Shown here piece after piece: positions 10,038 to 19,916 of a DNA stretch of 60,886 bases. The position numbers and the translations under genes are program-made. Each line of letters opens with the position of its first letter. Position 1 is the stretch's first letter. Origin of the DNA: Alphaproteobacteria bacterium (GTDB lineage: Bacteria > Pseudomonadota > Alphaproteobacteria > CAAGCB01 > CAG-977); the NCBI GenBank assembly GCA_017539865.1, contig JAFYCE010000049.1:1-60886 (forward strand). The letters run 5' to 3'. The notes below the pieces were generated by a model, which worked only from the letters and a program-made list of their open reading frames with translations, was not told the DNA's origin and ran no database searches.

Positions 10038-11180
10038 ATGAAAAAAAACATTAAGAAAGTGCTTTTTATGATTAAAACCGCATATTTTTATCTGATATGC
10101 CTGATTTTGTCCCTGTCTTTCCCCGTGAAAGCGCAGGAACAGCCGCAGATTCCGGAAGATTACGATCCTTTGGAAGAACAGTTGAAAATAGAAGGGGCAT
10201 ACGTTCCCAATTATCGGGAACTGATGCGGGACGTCATTGTCGCTTTGGGGCAATACGCACGCGAAAATAAAAGCGACTTTCAAATTATCATTGACGGCGG
10301 ACAGGAGCTGCTGACACGCGGGGAATGGGAAAACGATCTGGATGATTTGCACCGCGCTGAAATGGCGGGCGCCAAAACGGACGACGAACGTTTTCTGCTT
10401 AAATTGTTTGCGCCGGAACACCCTATCGCCGTCGGATCGCCCATCCGCCGATACATTTCCATTGTCAACGGCATATTGGTAACGAATCAGGTCTGTTCGG
10501 AAAAAACGGGAAAACTTTCCGCCGGCGTTGAAAAGATCGTCAAAGAGTACGGACTTTCCTTAATCGGCGTCGAGCATTGCTCTTCTGACAAGGAAAAAAA
10601 GAACGCCGTTCTGACATTGGCCGAAAAAAAGATTCCCGTTCATGCGGACACGGATAAAACGGCGATTTTCGATACCGTTCCCGAGCGCTCGGAATTGTTC
10701 TTGGAAAATCCGGCAAACATCAATTCCGTAGCAAAAGTCCGCAATGTCTTAATGCTGACCGACACACGCAATTTCACCGACAAGGATTTGCTGATTAAAA
10801 CATTAAGCAATACAAATTATGATTTGTTGATTGTCGATCCTTTTTTCAAATCTTCCATCCCTTTCACCAAAGAAGACGTCAAACAACTTCAAACGAAAAA
10901 AGTCGGCGCAAAACGTTTGGTTTTTGCCGTTTTGAATGTTGCGAAAGCGCAGGACACCAGACTTTATTGGGAAAAAGGCTGGAAACAGGGGGAACCGGCT
11001 TGGCTGCGTTTTCAATCCAAAACGGATCCGTCCGGTCTGATTGTCGACTATTGGAATCCCGCTTGGAAACGGATTTTAGGCGTTTATTTCAAAAGCATCA
11101 TGGAACTGGGCTTTGACGGCATTGTTCTGCAAGGCATTGACGAACACAAAACCTATGAACGGATTATCCCGATCAATTAA
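10038..11180 (+). CDS. Secreted TM1410/GH114-like putative glycoside hydrolase
   Basis: It has a signal-like N-terminus. The C-terminal pattern IVDYWNPAWKRIL ... GFDGIVLQGID resembles the endo-alpha-1,4-polygalactosaminidase/TM1410 family. The assignment is by eye only. Confidence 0.45.
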   Translation: MKKNIKKVLFMIKTAYFYLICLILSLSFPVKAQEQPQIPEDYDPLEEQLKIEGAYVPNYRELMRDVIVALGQYARENKSDFQIIIDGGQELLTRGEWENDLDDLHRAEMAGAKTDDERFLLKLFAPEHPIAVGSPIRRYISIVNGILVTNQVCSEKTGKLSAGVEKIVKEYGLSLIGVEHCSSDKEKKNAVLTLAEKKIPVHADTDKTAIFDTVPERSELFLENPANINSVAKVRNVLMLTDTRNFTDKDLLIKTLSNTNYDLLIVDPFFKSSIPFTKEDVKQLQTKKVGAKRLVFAVLNVAKAQDTRLYWEKGWKQGEPAWLRFQSKTDPSGLIVDYWNPAWKRILGVYFKSIMELGFDGIVLQGIDEHKTYERIIPIN

Positions 11181-12958
11181 AGCTGAGCAGCCGACGCCAA
11201 ATCTTCTATAATGAACTGAGCTTGATCGCCCCCGCGGAAAGTATCCGGACGGATATAACCGGCAACATGGAACACCCCGCCCCGATTGTTCAACAAAGAA
11301 ATGCCGATGATAGAATCCGCCGCGCCGAAAGCAATCGCACGCACCCGACTTTTTCCGTTTCTTCCGACCAAAAAACAGGAAACGTGCCCCGACCCGACGA
11401 TACGGGCGGAAGAAACGGCAACATCCGGCAACGCGAAACGCGGCTCGGGATTACCTTCGCCAAAAGGCTCCATTGATGACAGCATTTGCAGCAACCGGCC
11501 GTCGACCGCCCCGATATCAATGACAGAATCGACCGGATAATCGACAGACGGCTGAATTTCGGAACGATGCGTCTGAAAATATTCGATCAAAAAGTTTTTA
11601 AATTCTTCCGCCTTCTCGACCTTCAACGAAAAACCGGCCGCCATCGTATGACCGCCGCCCGCGATCAATATCCCTTTTTCCTTAGCCGCCAGAACGGCCG
11701 CCCCCAAATCCGCTCCTTCAACGGAACGTCCCGAACCGCGCAGTTCGTCACCTTCCTGCGCCATCACCAAAGCCGGCAGATTATAACGCTCTTTCAATTT
11801 TCCGGCGATAATGCCGACAACACCTGAATGCCAGCCTTCCCCGTAAACAAAAACCAGCGCATCGTTTTGTCCGCCGCTTTCGATTCGTCCGATGGCCTGC
11901 TTGTATATATCTTCGCACATTTGGCGGCGCAGCGTGTTCAACTCATCCAAACGAGCCGCGATCTCATAAGCCTCATCTTCATTCGCCGCGCATAACAGTT
12001 TCATCCCCAAAGACGCGTTTCCGATCCGGCCGCAGGCGTTCAATCGGGGGCCTAACACAAACCCCAAATGATAAGCGGTCGGTTTATCTTTGATTTTTGC
12101 CAGATCGCTTAAAGCGCTCAGGCCTTTATTCTTTTTCTCAGCCATCACGGACAAGCCCGTTTTGACAAACAAACGGTTCAACCCGCGCAAAGCCATCACG
12201 TCGCAGACCGTCCCCAAAGCGACCAGATCCAAAAAATCCATCAATCGCGGTTCGGGACGGTTTGCATAAAACCCTTTTTCCCGCAGCAACCGGTTGACGG
12301 CAATGACCGTCATAAACACAACACCGACGGCCGCCATCTGACAGCAGGGATTGTCCTGCGGTTCGTCCAACCGCTTCGGATTGACGACGGCACAAACATC
12401 CGGCAGACGGACATCCGGTTCATGATGATCCAAAACAACGGTGTCTATTTTATGCTCCGTCAGTAATTTAAGCTGTTCAAACGCCGTCGTGCCGCAATCC
12501 ACCGTTACGACTAAAGAAACCCACGCCGAGATAAATTCATTCATGGCGACATCACTGGGGCCGTATCCCTCCTCGCGTTCCGGAATGCGGGAAACGACAT
12601 CCGCGCCCAAAGCCGTCAAGAACTGAACCATCACGGCGCCGGAAGTCGCTCCATCCACGTCATAATCGCCGAAAACGCCGATTTTTTCACCGTTCAAAAC
12701 GGCGGAAGCGATCCGTTCCGCCGCTTTTTCCATATCACGCAAAATATACGGATCCGGCAAATGAGACCGAAATGAAGGGTGCATGAAAAAAGACACGTTT
12801 TCCGGCTTGACTTGTCGAGCCGCCAACAAACGGGCGATGACTTCGGGAACCGCCGCCATCCGGACAATGTCCGCAACAGTGCCTGCATCCGCTTCCCGCG
12901 CCGACCAAAATTGAGACGTCAGAGATTTTTCAACGCCCAGAACAGCATTTCTTTCCAT
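11177..12958 (-). CDS. recJ: Single-stranded-DNA-specific exonuclease RecJ
   Basis: It carries the DHH motifs (FGDYDVDGATS, VVTVDCGTTA, VLDHHEP) and a DHHA1 motif (GGGHTMAAG). ATG 12958 (MERNAVLGVEKSL) fits RecJ N-termini better than GTG 12988. Confidence 0.9.
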   Translation of the reverse strand: MERNAVLGVEKSLTSQFWSAREADAGTVADIVRMAAVPEVIARLLAARQVKPENVSFFMHPSFRSHLPDPYILRDMEKAAERIASAVLNGEKIGVFGDYDVDGATSGAVMVQFLTALGADVVSRIPEREEGYGPSDVAMNEFISAWVSLVVTVDCGTTAFEQLKLLTEHKIDTVVLDHHEPDVRLPDVCAVVNPKRLDEPQDNPCCQMAAVGVVFMTVIAVNRLLREKGFYANRPEPRLMDFLDLVALGTVCDVMALRGLNRLFVKTGLSVMAEKKNKGLSALSDLAKIKDKPTAYHLGFVLGPRLNACGRIGNASLGMKLLCAANEDEAYEIAARLDELNTLRRQMCEDIYKQAIGRIESGGQNDALVFVYGEGWHSGVVGIIAGKLKERYNLPALVMAQEGDELRGSGRSVEGADLGAAVLAAKEKGILIAGGGHTMAAGFSLKVEKAEEFKNFLIEYFQTHRSEIQPSVDYPVDSVIDIGAVDGRLLQMLSSMEPFGEGNPEPRFALPDVAVSSARIVGSGHVSCFLVGRNGKSRVRAIAFGAADSIIGISLLNNRGGVFHVAGYIRPDTFRGGDQAQFIIEDLASAAQL

Positions 12959-12960
12959 TT

Positions 12961-14256
12961 TTACAGCCGTTCGATTCGAATCATGCACGGCTTGTTAACG
13001 ACGCATTCCAGATGTTCGATCTTCTTTAATGCCGAAAGAACGGAACTTTCTTTCGATTTATGGAAAGTCATAATCAACGGAACGAAATCTCCCGCCGCCC
13101 GTTCACGCTGAAGCATGGATGCGATGGATACGTTTTCATCCCCTAAAATACGGGAAATATCCGCGACCACACCGGAACGATCACACACATCAAACCGGAC
13201 ATAATATTCGCCTTCCCGTTCACTCAAAGGAACGACGGGAAGCTGTTTGACCTCTTTGTTTGCCACAGACAAAACCGGACTGCCGCGATGCATGACGGCA
13301 TCGGCGATATCGGCGACAACGGCGGAAGCGGTGGGACGTTCACCGGCTCCACGCCCGACAAACATTGAATGCCCGACAAAATCGCCTTCCGTGATCACCG
13401 CGTTAAAAACGCCGTCAACATGGGCGATTTCCGCCGTTTGCGGAATCATGCACGGATAAACGTTCAAAGAAACGCCGTTTTCATAACGGCGGCCTACCCC
13501 TAACAGTTTGATACGGAAACCAAGTTCTTCGGCAAAAGCGATATCCGCATCGGAAATAAAGCGGATGCCTTCAATGGACATCATGTCCAGACTGATTGGC
13601 ATACCAAACGCCAACGCCCCCAAAATGCACGTTTTATGCGCAGTATCGATTCCGTCGATGTCGAAACTCGGATCCGCTTCGGCATAGCCGAGCTTTTGCG
13701 CTTCCGCCAACACAACATCAAACGGTTTACCCGTTTCGCGCATAACGGTCAGGATATAGTTGCACGTTCCGTTCAGAATGCCGTAAATTTCTGAAATTTT
13801 GTTTCCGATCAAGCCTTCGCGCAAGGATTTGATAATCGGGATACCACCGGCAACGGCAGCCTCGTAACCGAAAAAGACGCCTTTTTCTTCCGCCAAAGCC
13901 GCCAAGTCGTTTCCGTGGTGGGCAATCATCGCCTTGTTCGCCGTAATGAAACCTTTTCCGCGTTTTAAAGCGGTCAAACAAATATCATACGCTATTCCGT
14001 TTGCGCCGCCGATCAGCTCGATAATGACATCAGCCGACGTTTTTTCCGCCATTTCACGCGCATCATCGAAACGCCCGACACTTGAAGGCAACCCCAATTC
14101 ATCAAAACGGGCTTGATTTTTATCCGCCGCCGCAATCAGTTCTATCGGCCGGCCGCACCGTTTCAATAAAACATCCCTTTGTTCCGTCAACAGTTTGGCA
14201 ACGCCGCCGCCGACAGTTCCCAAACCGGCCAGAGCCACTTTAAAAGAATCAGACAT
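12961..14256 (-). CDS. hom: Homoserine dehydrogenase
   Basis: It has an NAD-binding N-terminus (VALAGLGTVGGG), a catalytic region and a C-terminal ACT-like domain. ATG 14256 is preceded by AGGTG. Confidence 0.9.
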   Translation of the reverse strand: MSDSFKVALAGLGTVGGGVAKLLTEQRDVLLKRCGRPIELIAAADKNQARFDELGLPSSVGRFDDAREMAEKTSADVIIELIGGANGIAYDICLTALKRGKGFITANKAMIAHHGNDLAALAEEKGVFFGYEAAVAGGIPIIKSLREGLIGNKISEIYGILNGTCNYILTVMRETGKPFDVVLAEAQKLGYAEADPSFDIDGIDTAHKTCILGALAFGMPISLDMMSIEGIRFISDADIAFAEELGFRIKLLGVGRRYENGVSLNVYPCMIPQTAEIAHVDGVFNAVITEGDFVGHSMFVGRGAGERPTASAVVADIADAVMHRGSPVLSVANKEVKQLPVVPLSEREGEYYVRFDVCDRSGVVADISRILGDENVSIASMLQRERAAGDFVPLIMTFHKSKESSVLSALKKIEHLECVVNKPCMIRIERL

Positions 14257-14263
14257 AACACAC

Positions 14264-15073
14264 CTATTCATCCAAAAAAACTTCAACGGAAGGATTGCCT
14301 CCCTGCTCCGGCTGAAGCAACAAAATCATTTCTTTTTTCGGAGGAAGAAGCTTCACCGTTTCTTTCGCCGCCGGTTCTGATAAAACGACCTGTTGTTCCG
14401 CAAAAGCCGGCTCGCGAAGTACGACGGGAGGCGTCAGTAAAACGATTTCCTTTTCCGCAGAGACTGGCTTTTCTTTTTCAGAAGCGACGATGGACATCGT
14501 TTTCAATTCGATTTCGGATACATCGACCGGCTCCATCGGTGTAACGACCGGCGACGGAGAACGGACGGGATTAACTTCCGCCTGTGCGGGAACGACTTCA
14601 ATCATTTCGACCGCCGCTGTTTTAGGCGCGATGATTTGCGCCAGCATTTCCTCTTCCGAAACAGTCTGGAATTCGTCTTTTTCCTGTTTTTTTACTTCCA
14701 AAGGACGGACTTCTTCAGCGTTTTTACGCTTTTGAACACCGTAAAGGATACCGGAATCGGGAATATTCAGCCCTTTGCGCAAGGATATTTTTTCTTTAGA
14801 GCCGAAACGCCCCGAATGCTCATAGACCCGACTGTCTTTTTCAACCTCATACGTTGCCTTTTTCACCGTCACGTCGGGCGTTGTCAAAGCCAGCATTTCA
14901 TCAACGGTTTTCCCCGGTTTGTCATCCGGCGTAACAGGAACCATATCGGGTTCCGGAATAACGAAATCCTTTTCATATCCGTAAAGATCCAAATCGTCGG
15001 CGGAAGAACACGCCCCCAGACACAAAACTCCGAAAACGGCTGTCGCCCGTACAGTCTTTGAAAAAAACGTCAT
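14264..15073 (-). CDS. Lipoprotein of unknown function, with a P/E/V/K-rich C-terminal half
   Basis: ATG 15073 gives MTFFSKTVRATAVFGVLCLGAC, which contains the lipobox L-G-A-C. No recognisable catalytic motif was found. Confidence 0.55.
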   Translation of the reverse strand: MTFFSKTVRATAVFGVLCLGACSSADDLDLYGYEKDFVIPEPDMVPVTPDDKPGKTVDEMLALTTPDVTVKKATYEVEKDSRVYEHSGRFGSKEKISLRKGLNIPDSGILYGVQKRKNAEEVRPLEVKKQEKDEFQTVSEEEMLAQIIAPKTAAVEMIEVVPAQAEVNPVRSPSPVVTPMEPVDVSEIELKTMSIVASEKEKPVSAEKEIVLLTPPVVLREPAFAEQQVVLSEPAAKETVKLLPPKKEMILLLQPEQGGNPSVEVFLDE

Positions 15074-15245
15074 TCCTTTATAATCCCGATAAAATGAATC
15101 TTTCCTGATATTACAAGCACTCGCTTTAAATCGCAAGCATGACTTTACCGTCTTTTTTTTCAGAAAATAAAATGGTTAACAATCCGTAAAAAACATTTAT
15201 AAACAATTTATTAACTTGTTTTTCATGGACAAACTGGACAAATTG

Positions 15246-15274
15246 TTGACAAGAGATAAAAACCATGCTATTGT
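15246..15274 (+). promoter_or_regulatory. Sigma-70-like promoter candidate for add
   Basis: TTGACA (15246-15251), a 17-nt spacer and TATTGT (15269-15274) lie about 70 nt upstream of the add ATG. Confidence 0.3.
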
Positions 15275-15343
15275 GATGTGTTAAGAATGGATAAGTCTAA
15301 GAAATTATAAACAGAGGGCCGGAATGCCCCGAGAAGGTGGATT

Positions 15344-16675
15344 ATGATAAACGAATCAAACAAGACGGCTTTGCCGGAGAAAGCTTCGACAACGGTCATC
15401 AAAACAAACAAAGTGGATACGGCTTCCCTGCCGAAGGTTACTTTACACGAACATATCGAGGGAACGGTCACCCCCGAAATGGCCATGAAACTGGCGCAGC
15501 GTCATCACGTCAAATTGCCGGACAATTTTGTCATGGCGGACGGCCAATATGACAAAGCCGATTTTCCCAACGGACGTTATGCTTATGACGAAAGCGATTT
15601 TTGGGCTTTCATCAATACGTACGACAGCGTCGCGGATTTAATGCGCACGCCGCAGGATTATTACGACGTCACAAAAGATTACCTCAGCAAAAACGCGGCG
15701 GAAGGCGGTGTTTACGCGGAATTGATTTTATCGCCGGCTCATATGGCCGTGGAGGTCAATCCCGAAACGGGAAAAAGCGAATTGTCCGCCCCGCGTTATC
15801 ACGCCATGATGAACGCCATTTCCAAAGCGGCGGCCGAAGTCAAAGAGGAAACCGGATTGGAAACCCGCTTTATTGCAACGGGGGTTCGCAATATGGGCGC
15901 GGAAAACGTCAAACAGGTTGCGGAATTCGTCCGTGACAATCCGCATCCGTTGGTAACGGGCTTCGGCATTGCCGGAAACGAACGCGCCGGCAAATTCGAT
16001 GATTTCGCCGAAGCCTTGTCCATCGCCAAAAGCGCAGGATTGAAACTGGCTCTTCACGCCGGCGAAATTTGCGGTCCCGAAAGCATTAAAGACGCTGTCC
16101 GGCTGGGAGCCTCCCGTATCGGACACGGCGTTTCGGCTCCACAGGATCCGGAAATTATGAAAGAATTGGCGGAAAAGAATGTCATGGTTGAAGTCTGTCC
16201 GACATCCAACCGCATTCTGGTTACGGATTTAAAGGGCGATTTGGCCAACCATCCGGCGCGCACACTGTATGACGCAGGCATCCGGATTTCCTTGAATCCG
16301 GATGATGCCGGAATCTTCGGTACGCATACCGGAAAGGAACACCGGATCAGCGCCGAAAAATTCGATTTCACCAAAGCGGAAATGTTGGATATTACATTAT
16401 GCGGCATTGAAAATTCGTTTGCAGACGTAAAAACACGCAAACAAATCAAAGAGAATGTGTATAGAAACATGTCCTCCGAAGATCGTAAAGAAATGAAAGA
16501 TCTGGCGGACAAGGCTAAGAATCCCGCTTTAAAACAACGACTGGAAACGCGCGTAGCGGAAAGCGAAAAAGTCGCAAAAAAAATGGAGATTCAAAAAAGA
16601 CGCGCCAACGCCATAAAAAGCATGAATACCGCCAGAATGGTTATGTTGGGTAAAAAGGCCGGTCTGACACGTTGA
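15344..16675 (+). CDS. add: Adenosine deaminase with a basic/acidic C-terminal tail of about 75 aa
   Basis: It carries the ADA signatures LHEHIEG, GFGIAGNE, LHAGE, RIGHG, EVCPTSN and SLNPDDAGIF. GAAGGTGG lies upstream of the ATG. Confidence 0.85.
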   Translation: MINESNKTALPEKASTTVIKTNKVDTASLPKVTLHEHIEGTVTPEMAMKLAQRHHVKLPDNFVMADGQYDKADFPNGRYAYDESDFWAFINTYDSVADLMRTPQDYYDVTKDYLSKNAAEGGVYAELILSPAHMAVEVNPETGKSELSAPRYHAMMNAISKAAAEVKEETGLETRFIATGVRNMGAENVKQVAEFVRDNPHPLVTGFGIAGNERAGKFDDFAEALSIAKSAGLKLALHAGEICGPESIKDAVRLGASRIGHGVSAPQDPEIMKELAEKNVMVEVCPTSNRILVTDLKGDLANHPARTLYDAGIRISLNPDDAGIFGTHTGKEHRISAEKFDFTKAEMLDITLCGIENSFADVKTRKQIKENVYRNMSSEDRKEMKDLADKAKNPALKQRLETRVAESEKVAKKMEIQKRRANAIKSMNTARMVMLGKKAGLTR

Positions 16676-16690
16676 TAACGGTTTTACGTT

Positions 16691-16727
16691 AAACTCTCCG
16701 TTTGAACAAACGAACGGAGAGTTTTTT
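16691..16727 (+). terminator. Rho-independent terminator after add
   Basis: A 10-bp stem (actctccgtt / aacggagagt) is followed by a T-run. Confidence 0.6.
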
Positions 16728-16759
16728 ACGCGCCGAACTCGATTCTCTACTCTAAGATA

Positions 16760-16800
16760 CTAAAACAAAGCATCCCGCCAAAAGGCGGGATGCTTTGTTT
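16760..16800 (-). terminator. Rho-independent terminator directly downstream of tRNA-Arg
   Basis: A perfect 17-bp stem (aaacaaagcatcccgcc / ggcgggatgctttgttt) with a 4-nt loop abuts the tRNA 3' end and is followed by a T-run on the minus strand. Confidence 0.6.
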
Positions 16801-16877
16801 TGGTGTCCCCGGCGAGAATCGAACTCACAGCCCCCAGTTTAGGAAACTGGTGCTCTATCCGGTTGAGCTACGGGGAC
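16801..16877 (-). tRNA. tRNA-Arg (anticodon CCT)
   Basis: Hand-folded cloverleaf: acceptor GTCCCCG/CGGGGAC, anticodon stem CCAGT/ACTGG, loop TTCCTAA, T-loop TTCGATT, encoded CCA. Confidence 0.9.
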
Positions 16878-16888
16878 AGAGCCAAACC

Positions 16889-17635
16889 TTATAAAACGTG
16901 TCCTAAGAAATACGGCAGCTGAACACGCCACGCAGGCCAATCATGCGGCACATCATAGCCCCAATAATCCACCCACGCATTGATGCCTTTGGAACGCAAA
17001 ATATCATCCAAAACATGCGTATCATGCAAACACTCGTTCTCCCACGCTCCCTGTCCGACGGAAATGATAATGTCGGAACGGTTGTAAAGATCAAGCGTCC
17101 CCCGATCCTTCATCCCCGGCAAATATTCTATCGGAGAATTAAAATAAATCCCCGGTTCGTCACAATCGCCGAAAAACGAACGGATGCTGTACAGACCGCT
17201 CTGCGCAATCACGGAATCGAAAATATCCGGACGGCGGAAAAAGAAGTTTGCCGCATGCAAAGCGCCCATCGAACAGCCGGTTGTCATCATGCCGCCCGCA
17301 CGATAGTTGCTGCACATTGCGTTCATATCCAACGCCCACGGTACAAATTCTTCGCAGACATAATGAAAATACTGCTCAAAGCGCCACAAACGGTCGCCCG
17401 GCCAACCGGCGCAGACAAACGTTTCCCAATCCAGTCCGTCAACGCAGAAAAACTGCGCTTTTCCTTCTTCAATGAATCCCGAAGCGGCATCAATCATACC
17501 GAAATCTTCGTATTCATAGAAACGTCCGCACTGCGACGGGAAAACGAGAATCGGCTTTCCCGCGTGTCCGTAGACTTTCAGCTTCATATTGCGCCCTAAA
17601 GACGGACTGTATTCCTTATAGTATTCAATTTTCAT
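16889..17635 (-). CDS. Esterase family protein (esterase-D/putative esterase fold)
   Basis: The 248-aa product has an alpha/beta-hydrolase nucleophile elbow (GCSMGA). Its ATG overlaps the upstream ATP-grasp stop (TGATG). Confidence 0.7.
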   Translation of the reverse strand: MKIEYYKEYSPSLGRNMKLKVYGHAGKPILVFPSQCGRFYEYEDFGMIDAASGFIEEGKAQFFCVDGLDWETFVCAGWPGDRLWRFEQYFHYVCEEFVPWALDMNAMCSNYRAGGMMTTGCSMGALHAANFFFRRPDIFDSVIAQSGLYSIRSFFGDCDEPGIYFNSPIEYLPGMKDRGTLDLYNRSDIIISVGQGAWENECLHDTHVLDDILRSKGINAWVDYWGYDVPHDWPAWRVQLPYFLGHVL

Positions 17636-18819
17636 CAGTATTTTTCCTGAACAAACTTAATGATTTCGTCTGTTTTTTCTTGAGTTTCCGCACGCATTAA
17701 ATACATATGGTCGCCCATGACCGGCGCAAAAATCGCATCGACAGGATTGTATTGCATCAAATATTCGCCATACTTTTCCAGAATTTCTTCATGAGAATGA
17801 ACATAATTGAAGCAATCCTTGCGCGCAACGTAAATACCGATGTACTTCTTGTCCGTCGGCTGATAGACTTTATCGTGAACAATCATTTCGGCATACATTT
17901 GATAAACATCCGAATCATGTTCATAGTTCATCAGTTCGGGCATGCAGCCGCCCGGCGGACGCATATTGACTTCCAGCGCGACATAATCGCCCTTCTTCCC
18001 CAAGCCTTTTTTGTCTTCATACAGTTTGAAAAATTCAAAGTGGAAAAAACGCGCCGTCGTATTAAACGAAGCCAAAACGGCACGACCGGCTTTTTCCAGT
18101 TTCGGATCGATTTTCATAACGGAATAGTAACGCAAATCGTCGCCCGCATTCACTGTTTCGGCAACATTTTCGGGAAAGATGTGGCTGGTCATGAAAATCG
18201 GTTCATTTTCATAATTGGCAATACCGTCAAAAGTAACAATCAAACCGTTGACGAATTCTTCCATCACATACGGAACGGAAGGATAGTTGTCATAGAAACG
18301 GTTGAATTCCTCATCATTATGAATCGAATAGGAAGCATACGCGCCGACACCGATATCCGGCTTGACAAAAACAGGATAACCGACTTCCTTGACGAACTTT
18401 GCGCCTTCTTCACGCGTCGTAACGCAATGGCAACGGGCGGAAGGAACGCCGGCTTTTTCAAAATGGTTTTTCATCAAGTATTTGCGCTTGCTTTCCAAGA
18501 CTTCCGGATACTTCGTTCCTTCGATATTGAAATCCGTGCGCAAACGCGCATCCATTTCCAACCAGTATTCGTTAAACGATTCCAATCTGTCGATCCGGCC
18601 GTATTTATGGATAAAGTAAGCAACGGCGCGCATGACTTCGTCATAATTTTCCATATTATCGACACGATAATATTCGGTCAGTGATTCTTTAAGCTGAGGC
18701 GTTAAAGAATCATAAGAGGCATCGGCGATGCCCAAAACATTGACGCCCATTTTTTTCAGGCGATCCGCAAAGTTCACGTAGTGTGTCGGAAAATGCGGAG
18801 AAATGAAAACAAAATTCAC
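17635..18819 (-). CDS. ATP-grasp domain protein (carboxylate-amine ligase type)
   Basis: The 394-aa product has an ATP-grasp-like core (GYPVFVKPDIGVGA ... VMEEFV ... ALEVNMRPPGG). It is translationally coupled to the esterase. Confidence 0.7.
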   Translation of the reverse strand: MNFVFISPHFPTHYVNFADRLKKMGVNVLGIADASYDSLTPQLKESLTEYYRVDNMENYDEVMRAVAYFIHKYGRIDRLESFNEYWLEMDARLRTDFNIEGTKYPEVLESKRKYLMKNHFEKAGVPSARCHCVTTREEGAKFVKEVGYPVFVKPDIGVGAYASYSIHNDEEFNRFYDNYPSVPYVMEEFVNGLIVTFDGIANYENEPIFMTSHIFPENVAETVNAGDDLRYYSVMKIDPKLEKAGRAVLASFNTTARFFHFEFFKLYEDKKGLGKKGDYVALEVNMRPPGGCMPELMNYEHDSDVYQMYAEMIVHDKVYQPTDKKYIGIYVARKDCFNYVHSHEEILEKYGEYLMQYNPVDAIFAPVMGDHMYLMRAETQEKTDEIIKFVQEKY

Positions 18820-19031
18820 GGTATTCTGCTCCTGATTTTTTCAGTTCTTTTTCAACTGTTTTTCAAAATTTCTCTCTTTGGAGAATGATTTTCTTACGGT
18901 TTTCTTCAACCATGTTTAAATTGGCAATCTCTAAAGCCGTTGTCAATTCATTTTTATATTTTCTTTATCTGAAAGAATAGGATAAAACAAGATTCGGACA
19001 TACCCTTTTATCAACACATCAAGGAGTCACC

Positions 19032-19904
19032 ATGTCGGTTCGTATTCGTAAGGCCGTTTTCCCCGTCGGAGGATTAGGTACAAGATTTTTGCCCGCAACC
19101 AAGGCCATGCCTAAAGAAATGCTGCCTGTCGTTGACAAGCCGTTAATTCAATACGCGGTGGAAGAAGCCGCCGCCGCCGGTATCGAACATTTCATATTCG
19201 TCACCGGCCACGGCAAAACCGCAATAGAAGACCATTTCGATTCCAACATCAATTTGGAAACATTGTTAAAAAAGAACAACAACACGGATCTGTTGAATTT
19301 TTTAAAAGACTGTACATTCGATTCGGGTAAAATTTCCTATACGCGTCAAAGCGAACCGAAAGGGTTGGGACACGCCGTCTGGTGCGCGCGCGATCTGGTC
19401 GGCGACGAACCGTTTGCCGTTTTGCTTCCGGACGATTTGTTCCACTGTAAAACGCCGTGTTTGAAACAAATGGTGGCAGAATATCCGAAAACCGCCGGCA
19501 ATTTGGTCGCTATTGAAGAAGTACCGCAAAGCCAGACCTCCCGCTACGGCATTTTGAGCATTTCTTCGGATGACGGCAAACTGGTACGGGTCAACGGCAT
19601 GGTTGAAAAGCCCGCGCCCGAGTCGGCTCCGTCCAGATGCGCGATTTTGGGGCGCTATATTTTATCGCCGGAAATCTTTTCGGAGCTGGACAAGCAGAAA
19701 ACCGGCGCAAAAGGGGAAATCCAGCTGACGGACGCCATGGCGCAAACGCTGGACAGAGTGCCTTTCCACGGCATGCGTTTCGAAGGAAAACGCTTCGACT
19801 GCGGCAACAAGATAGGATTCTTGCTGGCAAACATTGAATTTGCGCTTGACCGTCCGGATTTGAAAGACGAATTCAGAGCGGCATTGAAAGAACTCGATTT
19901 TTAA
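19032..19904 (+). CDS. galU: UTP--glucose-1-phosphate uridylyltransferase
   Basis: The N-terminal signature is AVFPVGGLGTRFLPATKAMPKEMLPVVDKPLIQY, with VEKP later. AAGGAG lies upstream. Confidence 0.9.
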   Translation: MSVRIRKAVFPVGGLGTRFLPATKAMPKEMLPVVDKPLIQYAVEEAAAAGIEHFIFVTGHGKTAIEDHFDSNINLETLLKKNNNTDLLNFLKDCTFDSGKISYTRQSEPKGLGHAVWCARDLVGDEPFAVLLPDDLFHCKTPCLKQMVAEYPKTAGNLVAIEEVPQSQTSRYGILSISSDDGKLVRVNGMVEKPAPESAPSRCAILGRYILSPEIFSELDKQKTGAKGEIQLTDAMAQTLDRVPFHGMRFEGKRFDCGNKIGFLLANIEFALDRPDLKDEFRAALKELDF

Positions 19905-19916
19905 TAAAGGATAGAA

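Noticed and set aside
17707-18684. A 325-aa ORF lies antisense to the ATP-grasp gene.
   Set aside because: It is a shadow ORF. The sense strand carries ATP-grasp motifs and is translationally coupled to the esterase.
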